Shown in pieces: positions 39,137 through 49,760 of a DNA stretch of 51,098 nucleotides. Position 1 is the stretch's first letter. Each line of letters starts with the position of its first letter. The notes beneath the pieces are model-generated. The model ran no database searches. It was given only the letters and a program-made list of their open reading frames with translations, and was not told the origin of the DNA. The stretch is from positions 1 to 51,098 of the forward strand of contig WRNG01000003.1 in assembly GCA_009776735.1 (NCBI GenBank). The letters are read 5' to 3'. This stretch comes from Dehalococcoidia bacterium. Its GTDB lineage: Bacteria > Chloroflexota > Dehalococcoidia > Dehalococcoidales > UBA1222. Made by a program: the position numbers and the translations under genes.

Positions 39137-40105
39137 GTGGTGCTTAGTAGTATACATTCATTAGTACAAACAGGGCTATCGGGGGTCAACGCTGATTTTG
39201 CCAGCTTAATTGATAGCCAGAACAATTTTCCGGAAATGCAGAAAATGTTACGCCAAGTCTTACTTGGTGGCAAGGTAGTGCGTCCGACTTTAACACTTTT
39301 ATCCGGTTCTTTTTATAACTATAATCTCGAACAGTTACAGCCCATGGCTACGGCCACGGAACTTATGCATATCGCCACATTAGTACATGATGATGCCATC
39401 GATTCAGCCGATCTTAGACGTGGCAATTCTACCATTAATGCGCTTTGGGGAGTGGATTTAGCCATTCTTGTCGGTGATTTCTTATTTGCTCGTGCTGGTG
39501 AAATGGCGGCACGGGCAGGCAATATTCGTGTGGTAGAGTTGTTTTCGCAAACATTGGGAGTTATTGCTCGCGGTGAAGTTAAACAAGCCTTGGCTTCTTT
39601 CAGACTGGACCAAAGCATAGAGCAATATATTGAGCGGGTGGCGGCCAAAACGGCAGCTTTGTTTACCCTTTCCACAGTGAGCGGCGGGATTCTAAGCTTA
39701 GCACCTGAGGATAAGGTGCAAATACTGTATGATTACGGTTACAATCTGGGAATTGCTTTCCAGATTGTGGATGATATCCTTGATTTTGTGGGTAATGCCA
39801 GTGATGTTGGCAAACCGGTTGGAGCCGATTTGGTCCAGGGAACAGTGACGTTGCCAGCTATGAAACTATTGCAGCGTTATCCTAAAGATAATCCTTTAAT
39901 CAAAATAGCCCGCCAGGAAGATGTGGAGGACAGCATTCGTAAAGTTATTGAAATGATACGTAACTCAAACATTATTGACGAGTGCTATCAACTGGCAAAC
40001 GACTACAGTAAACTTGCTCTGCGTGATTTGAATAAATTGCCGACAAAACCCGCTTCACAGGCATTGATGTCTTTGGCTGAGTATGTGGTGAGCCGCAATA
40101 AATGA
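39137..40105 (+). CDS. Polyprenyl diphosphate synthase
   Basis: GGK..RP, LVHDDAID..LRRG, FQIVDDILD, GKPVGADL. Confidence 0.95.
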   Translation: MVLSSIHSLVQTGLSGVNADFASLIDSQNNFPEMQKMLRQVLLGGKVVRPTLTLLSGSFYNYNLEQLQPMATATELMHIATLVHDDAIDSADLRRGNSTINALWGVDLAILVGDFLFARAGEMAARAGNIRVVELFSQTLGVIARGEVKQALASFRLDQSIEQYIERVAAKTAALFTLSTVSGGILSLAPEDKVQILYDYGYNLGIAFQIVDDILDFVGNASDVGKPVGADLVQGTVTLPAMKLLQRYPKDNPLIKIARQEDVEDSIRKVIEMIRNSNIIDECYQLANDYSKLALRDLNKLPTKPASQALMSLAEYVVSRNK

Positions 40106-40126
40106 GGTAGTGATAAAGCGGACTGC

Positions 40127-41926
40127 TTACTGTTTTTTGCTCTCACCTAGTATTTTATCAAGCTCGTCCCCTTCAAGAGTCTCTCTTTCCAACAGTGTTG
40201 TGGCCAGAAAATCCAACTTGTTGCGGTATTCTGTCAGTAGACTGATAGCTGTTTCATGAGCTTTTCGAATGATGCGGTTGACTTCGTTGTCAATTTGGTC
40301 TGCAACTTTGTCGCCATAGTCTCGTTGTTCGGTAATTTCTCGCCCCAGGAATATCATTTCTTCTTTTTGGCCGAACGTACGTGGTCCAAGCAAATCACTC
40401 ATGCCATAATTGGTAACCATGCGGCGGGCCAAATCAGTTGCTTCCTTGATGTCTTGAGAGGCGCCGGTGGACATTTCTTTGAATTGCAGTTCTTCGGCAG
40501 CTCTTCCGGCGAGGTACATCGCCAAAGAATCCTCAATATAAGAACGAGTATGATACAACCTATCTTCTGTCAGCGGTTTGGTATAACCGCCGGCAAGACC
40601 TCGTGGAATGATGGTTACTTTGCGTATGGGTTCAAGATTAGGAAGCAAATGTCCCACTAGAGCATGCCCAGCTTCATGGAAAGCCGTAAGCTCTTTCTCT
40701 TTAGGGGCCATGCGGCGGCTTTTTCGCTCAGGGCCCATGACTACTCTGTCAATGCTTTCTTCGAGTTCAGCCATACTAATAACGTTCTTGTCATGCCGCG
40801 CCGCCAATATGGCGGCCTCATTTACTAAGTTGGCTAAATCGGCGCCAGAAAAACCTGCCGTCAGTTTGGCAATTACTTCAAGATTAACGTCAGACGCGAC
40901 AGGTTTATCACGAGTATGCACTTTTAAGATGGCGTTGCGACCAGTAACATCAGGACGATCAAGTACCACGCGACGATCAAAACGCCCCGGACGTAAAAGC
41001 GCTGGGTCAAGGACATCCGGGCGATTGGTGGCGGCAACAATTATCACACTGACATTAGTATCAAACCCATCCATCTCGACGAGGATTTGGTTGAGTGTTT
41101 GCTCGCGCTCATCATGTCCGCCACCCAGTCCGGCACCGCGCTGCCGCCCTACTGCATCAATTTCATCAATGAAAATAATACAGGGGGCATTACGTTTGGC
41201 TTGTTCAAATAAATCACGCACGCGGGATGCCCCAATGCCTACGAACATCTCAACAAATTCAGAACCGCTTATGGAAAAAAAAGGAACACCGGCTTCTCCC
41301 GAAACAGCGCGTGCCATCAGTGTTTTACCTGTACCGGGAGGCCCAATCAAAAGCACTCCTTTGGGGATACGAGCTCCCAGTTGCTGAAATTTTTCGCGCG
41401 ACTTGAGGAACTCAACAATTTCGCTTAGGTCTTGCTTGGCTTCATCGACCCCGGCGATATCGTCAAACTTCACGGTTGGCTTATCTTGACTGAAAAGACG
41501 GGCACGCGAACGCCCGAAACTCATGGCCTGATTATTGGCGCCACGTATTTGGCTGAACATAAAAAGGAAGAATACACAAAGCACGGCAATCGGCAGAATT
41601 ACCCCCAAAACACTTCCCCAGTCAATTCCCGAGGGGGGGGTTATTTTTAACTCAACATCTGTTAAATCAAGGTCCTTAATATCGTAGATACTGGCGTTAT
41701 TTTCTTTATTGGTGACATATTTTTTCCCGTCTTTCCCGGTGATATTGATTTTGTTAATGCTGACTTCAATGGACTTGATTTCGTGAGCCTGAGACATGCT
41801 GACCATTTCAGACAATGACAGTTTATTTGGGTTATCGCTATTCTGGGAGACCACAGTAAAAAGAGCCACTGCCGATATAATGATTACGAGATAAACAATC
41901 CAACTACGTCTTAGATTTATTTTCAT
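40127..41926 (-). CDS. ftsH: ATP-dependent zinc metalloprotease FtsH
   Basis: Two TM segments, [22 protein letters not shown]. Confidence 0.99.
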   Translation of the reverse strand: MKINLRRSWIVYLVIIISAVALFTVVSQNSDNPNKLSLSEMVSMSQAHEIKSIEVSINKINITGKDGKKYVTNKENNASIYDIKDLDLTDVELKITPPSGIDWGSVLGVILPIAVLCVFFLFMFSQIRGANNQAMSFGRSRARLFSQDKPTVKFDDIAGVDEAKQDLSEIVEFLKSREKFQQLGARIPKGVLLIGPPGTGKTLMARAVSGEAGVPFFSISGSEFVEMFVGIGASRVRDLFEQAKRNAPCIIFIDEIDAVGRQRGAGLGGGHDEREQTLNQILVEMDGFDTNVSVIIVAATNRPDVLDPALLRPGRFDRRVVLDRPDVTGRNAILKVHTRDKPVASDVNLEVIAKLTAGFSGADLANLVNEAAILAARHDKNVISMAELEESIDRVVMGPERKSRRMAPKEKELTAFHEAGHALVGHLLPNLEPIRKVTIIPRGLAGGYTKPLTEDRLYHTRSYIEDSLAMYLAGRAAEELQFKEMSTGASQDIKEATDLARRMVTNYGMSDLLGPRTFGQKEEMIFLGREITEQRDYGDKVADQIDNEVNRIIRKAHETAISLLTEYRNKLDFLATTLLERETLEGDELDKILGESKKQ

Positions 41927-42093
41927 GGAGAATGCTCCTGTTAATTGCTTCTGATAAGTATAGCATTAAAGCTTTTATCGCGTCACTTGAAGCCCCGGCG
42001 CTTGTTTTTCTTGTGAGATGTTTGATTGCATACACTATCAGCATGTTTTACTATTTAACAAACAAGGATTTCTTTGTGTGAAAAGGTGAATTA

Positions 42094-42930
42094 ATGGGAG
42101 AAGGTCTTATTCAAGGCGGGGCGCTGGTTTTTTTGTTGATAGGCATTGGGTTTATTGCCGGAAGTTATGGGACACTGGTAGGTTTGGGTGGGGCAGTGAT
42201 ACTGACCCCGGTGCTGCTACTGCTTTTTCCACAGGCTGACCCGATTGTGTTAACAAGTGTTACCATGGGAGTGGTGTTCTTAAACGCGCTTTCGGGGACG
42301 GTGTCATACATTTCCCAAAAGCGCATTGATTATCGCAATGGCATATATTTTGCTTTGGCTACCATCCCTGGAACAATCATCGGGGTTTGGACTTTGCAAT
42401 TCATATCTCCCAAAGCGTTCTCGGTAATATTTGGTTTAGTGTTACTTATCTTTGCCGTTATCATTTGGTTTCGTCCTTTGCCAAAGCAAATACAAACAAT
42501 TACGAACACTCCTGATGGTAATAAGCTGGAAAACGATAATAAAGGCCTTAATTACAATTGCAATCGTCCGCTGGGGGTTGCATTGAGTTTTATTATCAGT
42601 TTTATAGCTGGAATATTAGGGATTGGTGGCGGCATAATGCATATGCCGATGATGTTATATGTACTTTCCTTCCCGCTCCATATAGCCACAGCTACTTCGC
42701 AGTTCATGCTGGTTTTTACCGGGCTTGCCGGAACGATTACTCATGCTACTGCCGGAACCTACATGCAAAGCTGGCAAATTCTGTTATGGATTGCGCTGGG
42801 GGCCATTCCTGGGGCACAAATTGGAGCCAGGTTGTCGAAAAGAATTAACAGCATTATACTCGTCAGACTTTTAGTGTTAGGACTGGTTTTAGCAGGGTTG
42901 CGGCTGGCAGTGGCTGGGATTGGGATGTGA
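42094..42930 (+). CDS. TSUP (TauE/SafE) family membrane transporter
   Basis: G.LVGLGGA..P and GILGIGGG..P duplicated motifs, ATATS. Confidence 0.92.
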   Translation: MGEGLIQGGALVFLLIGIGFIAGSYGTLVGLGGAVILTPVLLLLFPQADPIVLTSVTMGVVFLNALSGTVSYISQKRIDYRNGIYFALATIPGTIIGVWTLQFISPKAFSVIFGLVLLIFAVIIWFRPLPKQIQTITNTPDGNKLENDNKGLNYNCNRPLGVALSFIISFIAGILGIGGGIMHMPMMLYVLSFPLHIATATSQFMLVFTGLAGTITHATAGTYMQSWQILLWIALGAIPGAQIGARLSKRINSIILVRLLVLGLVLAGLRLAVAGIGM

Positions 42931-42963
42931 GGCAATCTGTCGGAGTGTGTTGAAAGCATGCTG

Positions 42964-43791
42964 TCAGATTTTTTGATAGCTTTCTTTAAGCAAGAGAGCG
43001 TCTTCTTCTCTGTTAGGACTTTCACAGATTACACTCCCACTGATGTTATAGTCTTTCAAAGCGCGTAACAAGTCCTCGTATTTAAAATCCGATGAACGAA
43101 GTGGGAGATGCTTTCTCTCTCCACTCTTGCTATATTCAATTCCTGAGACATGGATATGCATATTACTTAGTGCGTCTTCTCCCAGGTTTTTTCGGAGTGA
43201 GTTTAGCAACCCGCGAAATTCGTCATATGAATTATTCTTACCGCTACGTGCGTGCAAGTGGGCAAAATCAATACAAGGGGCAACATTTGTCAGCGAAAGA
43301 GAAAGAGCAAATAACTCATCCAAGTCGCCGAATTGACTGGGTTTCCCTGAGCTTTCTGGTCGAAGCGTAATATCAATTGATTCTTCTTGTAACTTCTGTG
43401 AGACGACAGCCAGCGTTTCCAATACCATGGCACCGGCTTTTTCCGGGCTGTCACCAAGGTAAAACCCGGGATGAAATACGACATTTTTGGCGCTACACAG
43501 AGCAGCAATGCGAGCAGCTTTGAGGAGTATTCCTTGACTGGCGTGAAGCTTGGCTGGCTCGTGAGCGTTGAAATTTAGATAATAAGGTGCGTGAACAGAT
43601 ATTCTGACACTGTTGTTTTTGGCAATACCAGCTATAGCCTTAGCTTGAGCCTCGTTTAAATAAACACCCTTCACAAACTCGATTTCTAGGCAGTCTAGTC
43701 CCAGCATGGCAACCCGCCTGATCCCTTCGCCAGTCTCCTGCGGCCAGGTACTTAGTGGAATTCCAGCGGTGCCGAATAGTAATTGTGCCAT
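42964..43791 (-). CDS. nfo: Endonuclease IV-like TIM-barrel protein
   Basis: FGTAGIP, SVHAPYYLN, FHPG, ESSGK..QFG, DFAHLHAR, ICESP. Confidence 0.85.
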   Translation of the reverse strand: MAQLLFGTAGIPLSTWPQETGEGIRRVAMLGLDCLEIEFVKGVYLNEAQAKAIAGIAKNNSVRISVHAPYYLNFNAHEPAKLHASQGILLKAARIAALCSAKNVVFHPGFYLGDSPEKAGAMVLETLAVVSQKLQEESIDITLRPESSGKPSQFGDLDELFALSLSLTNVAPCIDFAHLHARSGKNNSYDEFRGLLNSLRKNLGEDALSNMHIHVSGIEYSKSGERKHLPLRSSDFKYEDLLRALKDYNISGSVICESPNREEDALLLKESYQKI

Positions 43792-43875
43792 GGTTTGCAG
43801 AGTATAGCAGGAAAAAAGCGTTGGATACTAATATCCCAAAATATTTGGATTGAGTCGCTATGATATAATTGGGAT

Positions 43876-44241
43876 ATGAGAACCAAGGTTACAAGCTTGA
43901 ACGCATTGGATGTTGCGCATGCCGTTGTTGAAGTTGCTAGCGAAAAGTTCGCTAGTGATATTGTGTTACTTGATGTTCGTACTCTCAGTAGTCTGTCCGA
44001 TTATCTGGTAATTGTAAATGGCGAGTCCAATCGGCAATTGGAAGCCATTGCGGAAGAAATTGTACGGGGCATGAAACGGAGCGAAGTAAAGCTCTCGCAT
44101 CGCGAGGGAACGGCTGTCTCAGGTTGGATACTGCTTGATTTCATTGATGTCATCGTACACATATTCGCTCCCGCCGAACGAGCGTATTACAAACTGGATG
44201 AAATGTGGAGTGCTGCCCACTCAGTAATGCGCTTAGCCTAA
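43876..44241 (+). CDS. rsfS: Ribosome silencing factor
   Basis: DIVLLDV, WILLDF.DVIVHIF, R.YY.LDEMW. Confidence 0.96.
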   Translation: MRTKVTSLNALDVAHAVVEVASEKFASDIVLLDVRTLSSLSDYLVIVNGESNRQLEAIAEEIVRGMKRSEVKLSHREGTAVSGWILLDFIDVIVHIFAPAERAYYKLDEMWSAAHSVMRLA

Positions 44242-44335
44242 TTTGACGGCTAACTTTGCTTGTTGTATTCCATTACGATGACATATTTATGGGTCTTCAA
44301 CGCTTAGTTGGACAAAATCACTAAGTTAAAGATTG

Positions 44336-46250
44336 TTAAGACTCTCTTGCGCGCATTACAATCATCACAACCAGCGCAATGCCAAGGATTGCCGCCAGAA
44401 TTACGAGCCACCACGGGAAATCCGATGTATCTTGCCCTGTCACAGTGTCGGTTACTGTAACCATTCTCTGAACGCCAGTCGAAACAGTTGTGGTAACAGT
44501 GGAAGAAGAAGTCACTGTTGTCGTAGCGGTATTGGTAACAGCTGTTGTTGAAATAATCGTTGTAGGGATAGCGCTGGTAACAGCGCTGGTGACGGTTGTG
44601 GGCACTGTATTGGTAACAACTGTCGTATTGGTTCTGGTAACTGTTGTAGGTACCGTATTTGTTACAGCAGGAAATGTTGCTGTAGTTGTTACGGTAGTGG
44701 TAATTGGGGGAACAGTTACAGTAACAATCATAACAAAGCATTTTAAGACAGGATACCCATTGTTTAATGATGGGGATATACCCCAAACCGAAATGAAATC
44801 AAAGCCCACGAAACTTGACAGAACCTTCATTTCCGAGTCAGAAAGAGGAGTTGTGGTATCTACTATCCCACTATCAACACCTTTTTGCGTTAGTTCGTCA
44901 CGGGGGGCACCGTTAACAATTTGGGCACTATCAATGTTATAGTAGCAGTTGGTGATGCTACTACTAGTATAGCCAGCAACACCTCCAACATATGCATTTG
45001 AAATGACAGTAGCATTAGCAGTCGCATCTCCAGTGTTATAACAGTTGGTGATAGTACTAGTAACATTGCCGGCAATACCACCAACATATGCATAGGCATC
45101 AGCATTAGCAGCCACATCTCCAGTGTTATAGCAGTTGGTGGCAGTGATATCACCGCGGCTAGCAATGCCGCCAGCATATGCATTTGAATTGACAGTAGCA
45201 TTAGCAGTCACATCTCCAGTGTTATAGCATTTGTTGATATCACCACTAAGAAATACGGTGTAACCAACAATGCCGCCAGTATTTGCACTTGAAGTGTTAG
45301 AAGCGTCAGATGCGTTGCCAGGAGCGTCAGTAGTAGCAGTTACAATGCCCATGTTATTGCAACTGGTGATATCACCACTCATAAGCATGGCGTAACCAAC
45401 AATGCCGCCAGCACTTGCGAGTCTTCCACTGGTTCCATTAGCATATGCAGTTACATTTCCCATGTTGTAGCAGATGGTGATAGTGGAAGTGCCATACAAA
45501 TCAAAAAATGAAGGCGTAGCCAACAATACCGCCAGCATATGCATTTGAATCGACAGGAGCATTAGCAGTCACATCCCCAGTGTTGTAGCAGTTGGTGATA
45601 GTGATACTATTCGTATAGGCAGTGCCAACAATGCCGCCAGCACTTGCCCATGCACCACCACTAGTATTAGCAGTCACATCTCCAGTGTTATAGCAGTTGG
45701 CGATAGTGGAACCAATAGCAAAGCCAGCAATGCCGCCGGCACATGCGCCGTGAGGATTATTCTTATTAATGACAGCAGTAATATTAGTGTTTTCCATACC
45801 GACATTCTTTATCGTTGCATTGTCAACAAAACCAAATAAACCAACATACTGATAATCGCTGCCAGTGATTGTCATGTCGCTGATTACGAAGCCCTGTCCA
45901 TCAAAAGTTCCCGTAAAGCGACTTGCGTTTGAGTCGGTGGAATTATCGCCAATCGGCACCCACTCTCCACCGGACAGGTCTATGTTCTGAGATAGGTGAT
46001 ATACGCCGTTCAGCGGATAGCTGGCATCATCACCTATCTTTTCAAGTTCAGCCCTGCTTGATATAGGTTTTGAACCTGTTACAGGTGCTTCAATTGGTGC
46101 GATGAACTTACCATTGGAGCCGTACTGAGGTGCTAAAGGTGTTTCAGCAGCAACTGCCGGCACAGAGGCTGGAGCAATAAACGACAACAACCCCACCCCC
46201 AGAAATGCCGTGAGAAGTACCCCTATTAACCGTTTAGATGTATTACTCAT
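44336..46250 (-). pseudogene. Surface protein (signal peptide, GLUG-like repeats, Thr-rich stalk, C-terminal TM anchor) split by a +1 frameshift
   Basis: ORFs 45501-46250 and 44336-45562 fuse into ~637 aa if one base of the A6 run at 45503-45508 is removed; FTGTFDGQG and VGLFG motifs, repeated NCYNTG..AGGIAG. Confidence 0.85.
44930..45760 (-). repeat. Intragenic tandem repeat units encoding (N)CYNTGDVTANA..AYAGGI.G
   Basis: About 8 units; near-identical DNA blocks around 44990-45050, 45170-45230 and 45530-45600. Confidence 0.85.
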
Positions 46251-46307
46251 ATCTTCTCCTGACTGTACATTTATGCAGTATTTGCTACCTGTGAATGGTT
46301 GCGATAT

Positions 46308-46730
46308 TTATGTACAGGGTAATAACTCAGCGTCGCTAAAGTAGAGTTTGATTTCCTGTTCCGCCGTTTGTGCGGAGTCTGAACCGTGAACGGCGTTACG
46401 CTCGATGTCTATGCCATAGTCCTTACGGATGGTGCCTTCACTGGCCTTGGCAGGATCAGTTGAGCCCATGGCGGAGCGAATAGTGTTTACAGCGTCATTC
46501 CCTTCAAAAACAGCTGCTACAATTGGGCCGGAAGTGATGTAATTGATTAATCCATCAAAGAAAGGGCGTTCTCTATGCGGAGAGTAATGACGTTCGGCTA
46601 ACCCTCTATCCATTTGTAGCATTCTTAAAGCTACTAATGTCATGCCAGTCTTCTCTAACCTGCCAATTATTTCACCGCTTAGTCTGCGCGCAACAGCGTC
46701 AGGCTTAACCAATACTAAAGTTTTTTCCAT
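46308..46730 (-). CDS. ndk: Nucleoside diphosphate kinase
   Basis: LVKPDAV, GTIR.DYG, NAVHGSDS. Confidence 0.99.
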   Translation of the reverse strand: MEKTLVLVKPDAVARRLSGEIIGRLEKTGMTLVALRMLQMDRGLAERHYSPHRERPFFDGLINYITSGPIVAAVFEGNDAVNTIRSAMGSTDPAKASEGTIRKDYGIDIERNAVHGSDSAQTAEQEIKLYFSDAELLPCT

Positions 46731-46789
46731 GTTGTCACTCCTTTCTATTCCGATATATAGTATCTCAATTCAATAGCAAATTTTCAATC

Positions 46790-47503
46790 TTAGGAGCAGG
46801 TTGTTCCATCTGGTTCATTGGAAAATAGAACTGTTCTTGACTTTGGTTGACTGATACGTGGTTTGCGTAGATATAAAGGCTGTATTAAGCTTACATCGTC
46901 TATCATGCTGTTTAGAATACGCTGTTCACCTAGATTTACTAGTGCTGTAATTCGACTGCAAGACGTGTTATCAAATTGAGCGAATGGCAGTAGTTTTTGC
47001 TGTATTGCGGATACCATCTCGCTGTTTATTTCTCCGCCAAAGATAGTGGGTTGAGTTATGCGCGAGAATAATGTGTCTAATGTTGTTATGCACTCTTTCT
47101 CTAAGCATGTCCACTCGTTTTGTTTTTGGTATATGGCCGAGGCGATTTCTTGGTGACCTGCCGGCATGATGACACAGATTGGTAGAGTGCTGTCTGAATG
47201 TTGGTAGGCAGCAGCTTCAAGAGTACTAATGCCGACTATAGGCACATTGAGGCTAAATGACAACCCTTTGGCGCTCCCGATACCGACCCGTATTCCGTTA
47301 AAACTTCCCGGTCCACGCGCAACAATTATGCCTTCAATATCATTGATAGTGATGAGAGTTTGCTTAAGTAGGGCATCGATGTGTGGTAGTAACTCGACAG
47401 AGTGGTTACGATTGCATCTCCATGAGTTCTCAGCGATAACTTTCTGGTTGTGGAATAAAGCTAATCCGGCCGTTTCTGAGGAGGTGTCAATAGCCAAATA
47501 CAT
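46790..47503 (-). CDS. tsaB: t6A biosynthesis protein TsaB
   Basis: LAIDTS, HS..LLP, GPGSFNGIRVG, PLYLR. Confidence 0.96.
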   Translation of the reverse strand: MYLAIDTSSETAGLALFHNQKVIAENSWRCNRNHSVELLPHIDALLKQTLITINDIEGIIVARGPGSFNGIRVGIGSAKGLSFSLNVPIVGISTLEAAAYQHSDSTLPICVIMPAGHQEIASAIYQKQNEWTCLEKECITTLDTLFSRITQPTIFGGEINSEMVSAIQQKLLPFAQFDNTSCSRITALVNLGEQRILNSMIDDVSLIQPLYLRKPRISQPKSRTVLFSNEPDGTTCS

Positions 47504-47509
47504 TTTGTT

Positions 47510-47998
47510 TTATCCTTTGTCTTCCTGTCGAGGTATTTGCGGTGGTATCTGAGACAAAAGTGTTTGATAGCGCTCTCCGCAAAGAGTGAATTTAATTTCT
47601 CGAGAAGTGTCTTGATTATAGCTTAACTCCACTAGCAAATGACATTCTTTAATGAGATTTGAGTTTCGTTCAGCCCATTCAATAACACATAAGCCCTTTC
47701 CGTATAAATAATCTTCTATGCCAAGTTCGTCAATTTCGTCCAGTTCCACTCGGTATAGATCCATATGATAAAGCGGAATGAGCCCGTAAAGCTCGCGCAC
47801 AATTATGTATGAAGGACTGGCAGTCCCTGCCGTTATACCTAATGCGGTGGCAATTCCTTGTGTGAGGCAGGTCTTGCCAACTCCCAGAGGGCCACTGAGC
47901 AGTATAATATCACCCGGGCAGGCTAACTTGCCGATTTCCTGCCCAATTTGTTGTGTCTGTTCGGCGGAGCAGCTGGAGACTGTAAAATAGTTAGGCAA
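47510..47998 (-). CDS. tsaE: t6A biosynthesis ATPase TsaE
   Basis: GPLGVGKT, SPSY, HMDLYR, IEWA; TTG 47998 chosen over the start deep inside thiL. Confidence 0.95.
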   Translation of the reverse strand: MPNYFTVSSCSAEQTQQIGQEIGKLACPGDIILLSGPLGVGKTCLTQGIATALGITAGTASPSYIIVRELYGLIPLYHMDLYRVELDEIDELGIEDYLYGKGLCVIEWAERNSNLIKECHLLVELSYNQDTSREIKFTLCGERYQTLLSQIPPQIPRQEDKG

Positions 47999-48983
47999 AA
48001 TGGTCCCAACCCGTTTTTTCAAGATGATATTTGCCGCCATTGCTGTTGAATAAATGCACTTCCCCATTTTCTCCGTTTTCAATAGTACCGATTACATGAC
48101 AAGGAGTGGTCATGGCACCTGCAATAGATGACATAATGTGTGGTGCTGCGGTGAATAGTAATTCGTAGTCTTCGCCTCCGTTTAATGCCAGATTAAGCGC
48201 TTCTTGGTTGAAATGCTCTTGGAGAGTAGGGTGGAGTGGAATTGCTGAGAGATATAAGTGGGCACTTACTTCACTTAAGTGGCAGATGTGTTTTAAATCT
48301 GAGACAAGCCCGTCACTAATATCAATACAAGCACTGGCGCCTTTTTCTTGCAACAGAGTGCCTTCAGCAAGCCGCGGAATTGGTTGCCAAAAAGACTGCT
48401 TTAGTAAATCTCCGCTGGCGGGTGCGCTTCCTCTCTCACTTATCAAGTTCAGCCCACCGGCCGCTAAACCAAGATATCCTGTAACAGCAATTTGGTCACC
48501 CGGTTGAGCGCCATCACGTTTCAAAATTCTGCCGTGTGTGCTTCCAGTCAAAGCAACGTTTATAAATATAGTGGCGGAAGAGGAAATGTCTCCTCCAACT
48601 ATGATGGTATCGGATTGTTGTGCCAGGTCCAATATCCCATAATATATTTCTTCCACATTTGCCACAAGGCAGTCGGGAGGAAGCCCCAGTGTTACTAGGG
48701 CATATTCGGCTTTTCCTCCCATAGCGGCGATGTCACTTAGATTTACACTGAGTGCTTTCCAACCTAAAGAATACCAAGAAGTTTCTTCAAGACGGAAATG
48801 GATGTTTTGTACCAGACAATCGGTGGTGGCCAGCGTGGTGTGCGATGTATTATGCCATGCGGCAGTATCATCGCCTATGCCGAGAATCAAGTTCTGGAAT
48901 AACGGCTTTCCACCTTGTTTTTTGGCTATAAGGGAGGATAGCCGCTTGATCAGAGCGAATTCGCCGATTTCTTTTACTTTCAT
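47991..48983 (-). CDS. thiL: Thiamine-monophosphate kinase
   Basis: GEF.LI, GIGDDTA, NLSDIAAMGG, DISDGL, GGEDYEL. Confidence 0.97.
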   Translation of the reverse strand: MKVKEIGEFALIKRLSSLIAKKQGGKPLFQNLILGIGDDTAAWHNTSHTTLATTDCLVQNIHFRLEETSWYSLGWKALSVNLSDIAAMGGKAEYALVTLGLPPDCLVANVEEIYYGILDLAQQSDTIIVGGDISSSATIFINVALTGSTHGRILKRDGAQPGDQIAVTGYLGLAAGGLNLISERGSAPASGDLLKQSFWQPIPRLAEGTLLQEKGASACIDISDGLVSDLKHICHLSEVSAHLYLSAIPLHPTLQEHFNQEALNLALNGGEDYELLFTAAPHIMSSIAGAMTTPCHVIGTIENGENGEVHLFNSNGGKYHLEKTGWDHFA

Positions 48984-49130
48984 TATTTTGGATTATAGCA
49001 TGCGTAAAGTTTAACTCCAATCAAAAACAGGTACAGGATTGGAGTTATTAAGAATTTTTTTGGAAATATCATGAACGGATATATCATTTATTTGACTTAA
49101 GTGTTAAAATAATATGAGGGGGGATTTGAA

Positions 49131-49760
49131 TTGGGGGTGGGTTGTGTTTCAGAGATTGGGGGTATTATTCTCGCCGGCGGAAAAGGTCAAAGGCTCGGCC
49201 AAGAGAAGGCCTGTGTTGATATTGGTGGGCGTAGCCTACTTGAGAGAGCAATTGCAAAGCTGGAATGTTTCGTCAATGAAATCGTGATTGTGAAATCACT
49301 GGGAAGTCACACTCCATTTGCCAGTGAGGGCTCCACAAAAGTGGTGAATGACCATGTAAGTGGTAAAGGTCCTTTGGCGGGAATTCATGCCGGTTTAGTA
49401 CACTCCTCATTTTTGACCAATGTCGTTTTAGCTTGCGATATGCCTTTGGTGAGCAGTGAATTATTAAGTTATATGGTCAAAATGAGTGCAGGTTATGATA
49501 TTGTTGTCCCGCGTATAAACAGGTGTTATGAACCTTTGGCGGCAGTTTATTCAAAGGAATGTATATGCGTGATTGAGGATATGCTGTCCCAAGATGTTTT
49601 AAAGGTTGAGGCATTGTTTCCAAGGATGCGGACGCGGTTTGTTGACAAGAAGGAAATAATAAGATTTGACCCTGAGAATTGTGGTTTTATGAATATTAAT
49701 AGGCCGGCCGATATTGAAAAGGCCAGGAGGATTTTGGGAGGAACTAGGATTGGTATTTGA
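49131..49760 (+). CDS. mobA: Molybdenum cofactor guanylyltransferase
   Basis: IILAGGKG.RLG..K, GPLAGI, ACDMP, EPL.AVY, NIN.P.D. Confidence 0.92.
   Translation: MGVGCVSEIGGIILAGGKGQRLGQEKACVDIGGRSLLERAIAKLECFVNEIVIVKSLGSHTPFASEGSTKVVNDHVSGKGPLAGIHAGLVHSSFLTNVVLACDMPLVSSELLSYMVKMSAGYDIVVPRINRCYEPLAAVYSKECICVIEDMLSQDVLKVEALFPRMRTRFVDKKEIIRFDPENCGFMNINRPADIEKARRILGGTRIGI

Noticed and set aside
40608-41387. 259-aa ORF antisense to ftsH, and similar antisense ORFs over pheT, proS, purL and rpsB
   Set aside because: Typical antisense shadows of conserved genes, with no independent motifs
41633-41640. G8 homopolymer in ftsH as a phase-variation tract
   Set aside because: Frame is intact (encodes TPP) in a typically essential gene
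44304-45201. Alternative ORFs 44304-44786, 44490-44942 and 44890-45201
   Set aside because: Shadow frames of the low-complexity surface protein gene
44930-45760. CRISPR array or DGR template/variable repeat pair
   Set aside because: Repeats are in-frame coding units of variable length, differences do not appear adenine-specific, and no cas or RT gene is present
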